From positions 31,682,001-31,746,000 of the forward strand of contig NC_087452.1 in NCBI RefSeq assembly GCF_036321535.1: a DNA stretch of 64,000 nucleotides, written 5' to 3'. Under the pieces are notes generated by a model that did no database searches, was not told the DNA's origin, and saw nothing but the letters and a program-made list of their open reading frames with translations. Both the position numbers and the translations under genes were made by a program. Positions 58,871-64,000 of this stretch are shown in pieces (the stretch's first letter is position 1; each line of letters opens with the position of its first letter). Source of the stretch: Camelus dromedarius (lineage: Eukaryota).

Positions 58871-59451
58871 ACTCTCCTAAAAAAATGAGCCCTCTTGTGT
58901 TTGCTGTCCTGAGGTTTGTAGATTAGGCTGCGGTGGGACTGAGGACCTACAAGTCCCCAGTGCCCTTTGTGTGACCAGAGAGGTAAGAAGTATGCACGCT
59001 TAGGCATCCAGCCTCCCCTTCTGGACCAGAGATTCTTGGGGCCCTAGGCCGGGGATTTAGGATCCAAGCTGAGGAGGGCTTTGGGTGGGCTATGGAATTT
59101 GAACAGTTGTGTGCAAGGTGTACTTTGGGAGGAGAGGGCCATGGCTCTCACCAGATCTGATGGCTTTGCAGTCTCGAGAGGTGTTGGGACTCAGTGGAGG
59201 GGGCAAAGCTGCCTCTAGTCCTTCCTGGTATGCTGTCACTGGAGGGACCTTGGGACCTTACAGGACTCTCTTGCATTTGGACACATCCAGGAGGTCAGGC
59301 TGCCACCTCTGCCGCTCTTCCCCCTGCTAACTACATTCTCTCTTGGGGGCACTGCAGCCCCTCACCCCCGCTGTTTCCATGGCAGTGGGTCCTACAGGGG
59401 GTGCCTGGTGTAAGCAGTGAAGGCTCAGCTGGACTGCTTCGGAAGTGCAAC

Positions 59452-59457
59452 TTTAAT
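59452..59457 (-). terminator. DNAH1 polyadenylation signal ATTAAA (very short 3' UTR)
   Basis: tttaat on the + strand, about 24 nt after the stop; I saw no AATAAA on - between it and the BAP1 end. Confidence 0.65.
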
Positions 59458-59480
59458 GGCTCCAGCCCTTCTGTCTGGGT

Positions 59481-62400
59481 CTAGTAGTCCAGGGCACAGA
59501 TTAGGGCCACACCACGCTTTATCCAGTGTCTCTGGGGCTGGTCGGTGGGGATCTCCACAGCGATGACGTAGTTAGTGGAGTGGCCTGTGGTTGATAGTGT
59601 TCCTGGAGCAGGCAAGAAGTGCGAAGGTTAAATTGTCTGCTTCAACTCGGTCAGGAACAGAGTACAGAGAGAGGCAGTGGACTTGGCAGACTGAGCTCGG
59701 GACAAGGAGGGCGCCCTGACCCAAGAGGAAGCCTGTCTGGCAAGTGTGGTCAGGGCTTAGGCCTGCCCCGGGTTACTGCACTGACAACTGAGGATGGGAA
59801 TGGGAGAGCTGATGCCCCTGCTTACTCCCTGCTGGACCCAACCCAGGCCCACCATGCCTCTTCAGGTCTGTTACCCTCTCTGAACCTCTGTTGGCTGGCT
59901 CCCAGGACCCAAGGTGGGTCTGCAGAAGGAGGCAAGAGGACGTGAGCTCGGGGCCACTCACTCTGCACAGATGCTGAACCAGCCCCTGGGCATCACCCTC
60001 CCTGCTGCTGGCCCAGCTCTGTCCTAGCCTGGTCAGTTTCAGGGGTGCCGACTGACCTCTGTCGGCCATCCTGTTCAGCTAACCTGGGTCAGCCTAACTG
60101 GCCTGGGCTGGCTCAGCCCTGGGCCCCCACCTGTGGTGTAGAATCCCAGCCCTGGGCCCCATACCAGCACGGGTCAGCGTCTTATAGATGGGGCACAGGT
60201 AGAAGGCCTGGTCCTGGGCCTTGCGGTTGGGCGTTGGCAGGAGCCAGATAATGGCCATCTCTGTGTAAAGCTCCTTGGGCCGAGACTCAGCCAGCTGAAA
60301 GGCCAGAGGGTCCCATCGGGCACCTTCCAGGAACAGTCCGTGGATGAAGCACCCATCTTTGGGCCTTGTCTTGAGCTCCGACGCTGACTCGTGCATCACC
60401 TGTGGTTGGCACAGAACCCCCCCGCCTCAAATGTGTAAACACCCACAATCTGGGTTAGGATTTGGGTCAAGAGGCGCAAGTTCCCTCCTGAGGGCTCTGC
60501 CTCCTGCCCGTCACCTGCCATTTTAGCTGGTAGCCTATAGTCTGTGCCCTGCCCTGATGGAATTACCTGGGGCTTATGGTCTCTTCTGGCCTGGGTCTCC
60601 CTGTCCCCCAACCCCCGCTTAGGGGTCCCCTGATTCTGCCAGCCCGCTGTGGCCACAGTGCTCTGCCTGCCTGGGCCACACCCCAGCCTGTCACCTGACC
60701 TGGCCCTGGCTGTGTCCAGACCTTGAAATCAAAGGAGATGGTGTCAATGGAGATCACAGACTTGCGGGCATAGTTTTGCAGGGTGCCTGTCAGGAAAGCC
60801 TGAGGGAAGAAGAAGCCACTGATCCAGAAGACAGCGGGGATGCCTCCATCTATCCAGGTCTGTAGGAAGTCTACGCGCTGCAGCAGGTCCATGACCCATG
60901 AGGACAGTGGCTTGAGTGATGGGTAGGCCTTGGCATTCCAGAGCTCGGGCACAGTGTTGTTGTATAGGCTGGCAGCCATCAGCTCCAACTGCGAGGACAT
61001 TACCACCAGCCCCTTGAGTGCCTTGAGCAGGTCTCTCAGCGTCTGTGTGATCACTTGCAGCAGCCGGTTGTACCTATGGAGCCAGTGGCAAGGAGGAAGG
61101 CAGTGGTCAGGGCCGTGTGGACCACTCTCCCCAGCTGTAAGACATAGACCAAAAAATGATGGCAGAACATAGGGCCTAAGAGCATAGAGCAGGGTTGGGC
61201 GGCCTAGGTACCAGTCCCAACTCTGGCTGTTAGTACACGTATGACCTTAGATAGGTCACTTAAACATTTTGGAACTTGATTTACTCATTTGTAAAATGGG
61301 AATAATAAAAATGTCGCTGAGTTAGAGGATGAGTTTATAGCACTTGGTGTGGCATCTGGCCCCTAGTGGCCCTTGCTGCATTTCTCTACAGTGGCCTGCT
61401 GACTCAGGGCTGGGGGTAGCAGGGGGATTACCGTATGACCTCCTGTACTAGCACTGTGTTCATTGACTCCTCATACAGCACGGGGTACTTGTTCATCACC
61501 TGCTGCAAGTTGATGGGCTCAGGCAACTTGAGCAGAACGATCTGGGCCACATCTTCCACTACCTGTGGGGACGAAGGGACATTGGGGGTCAGGGCTGGTC
61601 CCCCTTCACACTTAACAGGGTTCTACATGCACAGAGTTCCTTCCCACAGGGGAGCAGGCAGGACGGTTGGGTAGAAGACTGGCCCTGCCTAACCACGGGG
61701 CCCCTTCCGCTACAGCCACTGACCTCCTCCCAGCTCTGGCCACCTATAGAGGACGATTTGGGTTGTAGCTGGACGATGGTGCCAAGCAGGGTGTAGGTCT
61801 CATTCTGGGCGAAGGTGATGTTGGCATTGTCATGCAGACCGAAGATCTCAGGCATGTCGTTGAGTGGGAGGCTCTTGATGTAGGAGAGGTAGCCCTGGGA
61901 GGTAGGAGGATCACGCTGAAACCCCTGCCCTGTTCTACCCTCAGCCTGGAGGGTGGCCCTACAATTGAGCCCATCCCTGACACGTCACTCTTGGTTGCAA
62001 CCCTTACACATCTCCCTGGGACCTTTGGGACTCCATGATCTCTGCTCCCTCCTAGCCCCCTTTTCCCTGCTGTGCAGCATTCTGCTGCCTTTTTTTAAAA
62101 TTGAAATATAGTTGATTTACAATGTTGTGTTTCTGGTGTGTAGCATAGTGATTCAGTTAAATATATGTATACCTCTTTTTCATTATAGGTTATTACAAGA
62201 TATTGACTATAGTTCCCTGTGCCATACAGTAGGACCTTCAGCATCCTGCTTCTTTATTCAGCTGCTGAAACCTATCACAGCCCCTCTTGCCATAGGCCCT
62301 TTACACTGCGGTGCCCCACCCTGCCCTGCCTGCTCCTCACACATCTTAGCTGAAACATCATTTCCTCAGGGAGCCCTCCCTGATCGTGTGGTCTGGGTTG

Positions 62401-64000
62401 GTTACCACCTCAGCGCCTCTGCTGGCAGAATCAGAGGAGCCACCCTCCTTCTTTACAGAGTAATTACCCTCAGGCAGGGGCTGAGAGGCTGGAGTTTGCC
62501 TCTCCCCACAAAACCTGAGCTCCGGGGATCAGTCAATGAAAAGGAGCTACTGGAGGGCAGGGCCAGGTCTCCCAGCACCCAGGTGTTCATGGCACCCCAC
62601 AACCCCAGCCTGGCAGGCCACCCAGGTGTGTGCTCACGTTGAGGTCGTAGGTGGGTTGGATCTGGTGGTAGATGCCCGAGGCGCTGTAGCTGTGCTCTGG
62701 GAAGAGCACAGAGGGGCTGTAGAAGTCCTCCAGGATGTTCATGACGCAGCGGCGGTCCCAGTCGTCGGTGACGCGGCCCCCATAGTTGATCTCCCCTGCC
62801 GTGTACTTGAGGACCTACTGGGTGGGTGGGTGGGTGAGTGAGGCCCCGCAGGCACCCAGCCCCCCATCCCCAACCCGTCCCCAGCCCACCTTGTAGGGGA
62901 TGTGGTCATACTCGTCCAGGAACATCTTGAGCTGGCTGATGCAGATGCGCAGGTCCCCGTCGGTGAACTCGTAAGGGATATTGAAGCCCAGGGGCCCAAA
63001 CTTACGACGCTCCAGGGCGTTCCCATGGAACAGGCACAGAGACAGCAGCAGGCACTTGAATTCCATCACCTGCAGGAGGTGGGGGACAGAAGATAGGGGG
63101 CATAAGGGGAGGGGCTGGAAGCGAGGCAGGTAGGGTGGGGCACACGCCGAGTGTGTCTCACCTTGTGACAGGAATTGAGGAAGTCATCACTGAGGCTGCT
63201 GTAGGACTTGAGCAGATTGGCCTTGACCCCACGTGGCGGCTCAATGGTCATCTTGGAGCCGTTCTGCAGAATTGACACTGGGAACTTGTTGCTGGGCAGG
63301 CTGGTGAGCCACAGGCGGAAGTCCCGGTGCACCTGGTGGCCACACTCCACATGAGCACTGACACTCGTCCCTGGTGGCTGCCCCAACACCAGGCTCCCAC
63401 CTACCCCAGGACCCTGGGCCACCCTCAGCCTGACTCCACCCCTGGGTTGGGCCAGGCCAGGCTGCACGGACCACTGGTTAATCATATGGGCTTCAGCAAG
63501 TCCCAGGGTCACTGGTCTGTGCCAGGTGGCCGTGGGCAAGTCACATCACGACTGGTAACAATAACCTGGGAGGGCACTGGAAAGATAAATCTAGTTGATG
63601 CACGTTGTGTGGTACTCCCCTAGCCCACTGCGTGCACAGGACTGGGCTGAGTGCTTTGCGGGATGACCTCATTCAACCTCATTAGTCCTGGGCGGGCAGA
63701 TTGGTATTCCCTTGGCGCACCTTGTCGGGATTGATGTGCTCAATGAGACGCTCCAGGGCTGGCATCCAACTCGGTGCCAGGTGGCAGTTCTGGAAGAAGA
63801 CCCACTTGCCCCTCTCTATGGAGCTGCGCATCATGGCTTCTGCCCGAGGACCCTGTCAGGACAGGAGTGTTGAGTAGCGGGGGAGCAGCTGGCTCAGCCA
63901 GCCAGCCCCACTCCTCCTGCCCAGCCTGCCTTTACCTGGCCCTGGCCCAGGGAGATGGCAGAGAGCTTCTTGGAGAACTTCATCTCCTCGGCAAACTTGT
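59481..64000 (-). CDS. DNAH1: Dynein axonemal heavy chain 1, last 10 exons (5' part lies beyond the right edge)
   Basis: Exons 63936->64000 (partial), 63721-63852, 63162-63332, 62890-63069, 62638-62814, 61724-61894, 61432-61562, 60722-61073, 60165-60399, 59481-59602. Dynein C-terminal motifs [40 protein letters not shown]; ends [15 protein letters not shown]. Confidence 0.97.
61180..61350 (+). mobile_element. MIR SINE fragment
   Basis: tatgaccttagataggtcacttaaacatttt...tactcatttgtaaaatgggaataataa. Confidence 0.7.
62090..62238 (-). mobile_element. Short 5'-truncated L1 3' end with TSD in a DNAH1 intron
   Basis: ttttttttaaaattgaaatatagttgatttacaatgttgtg...gatattgactatagttccctgtgccatacagtagga; TSD cagcattctgctgcc (62075-62089) / cagcatcctgcttct (62239-62253). 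Confidence 0.8.

Overview
Mammalian genomic DNA, not microbial. The window is the conserved block NISCH(-, exons 1-3 only) / TNNC1(+, complete) / SEMA3G(+, complete) / PHF7(-, complete) / BAP1(+, complete) / DNAH1(-, last 10 exons), the gene order I recognise from human 3p21.1. I placed every coding exon by hand using GT-AG boundaries and frame continuity. The spliced CDS lengths close exactly: TNNC1 161 aa, SEMA3G 772 aa, PHF7 383 aa, BAP1 729 aa. Two tRNA-Ala-derived SINEs and the L1 3' ends suggest a camelid genome (inference). There are two N gaps, many old L1/MIR/MER20 fragments and one solo ERV LTR between NISCH and TNNC1. I see no new gene or prokaryote-type system. The best candidates for something under-described are post-transcriptional. 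Three concern BAP1: a strong-Kozak 10-codon uORF whose stop overlaps the start codon (AUGA), a degenerate duplicate of the exon 9 acceptor and exon start that would act as a poison splice site, and two perfect Pumilio elements beside the polyA signal. Two concern other genes: a CAG-TAG tandem acceptor in DNAH1 that could insert a stop codon, and a chain of uORFs in the PHF7 leader. Comparisons with human proteins are from memory and need checking by alignment.
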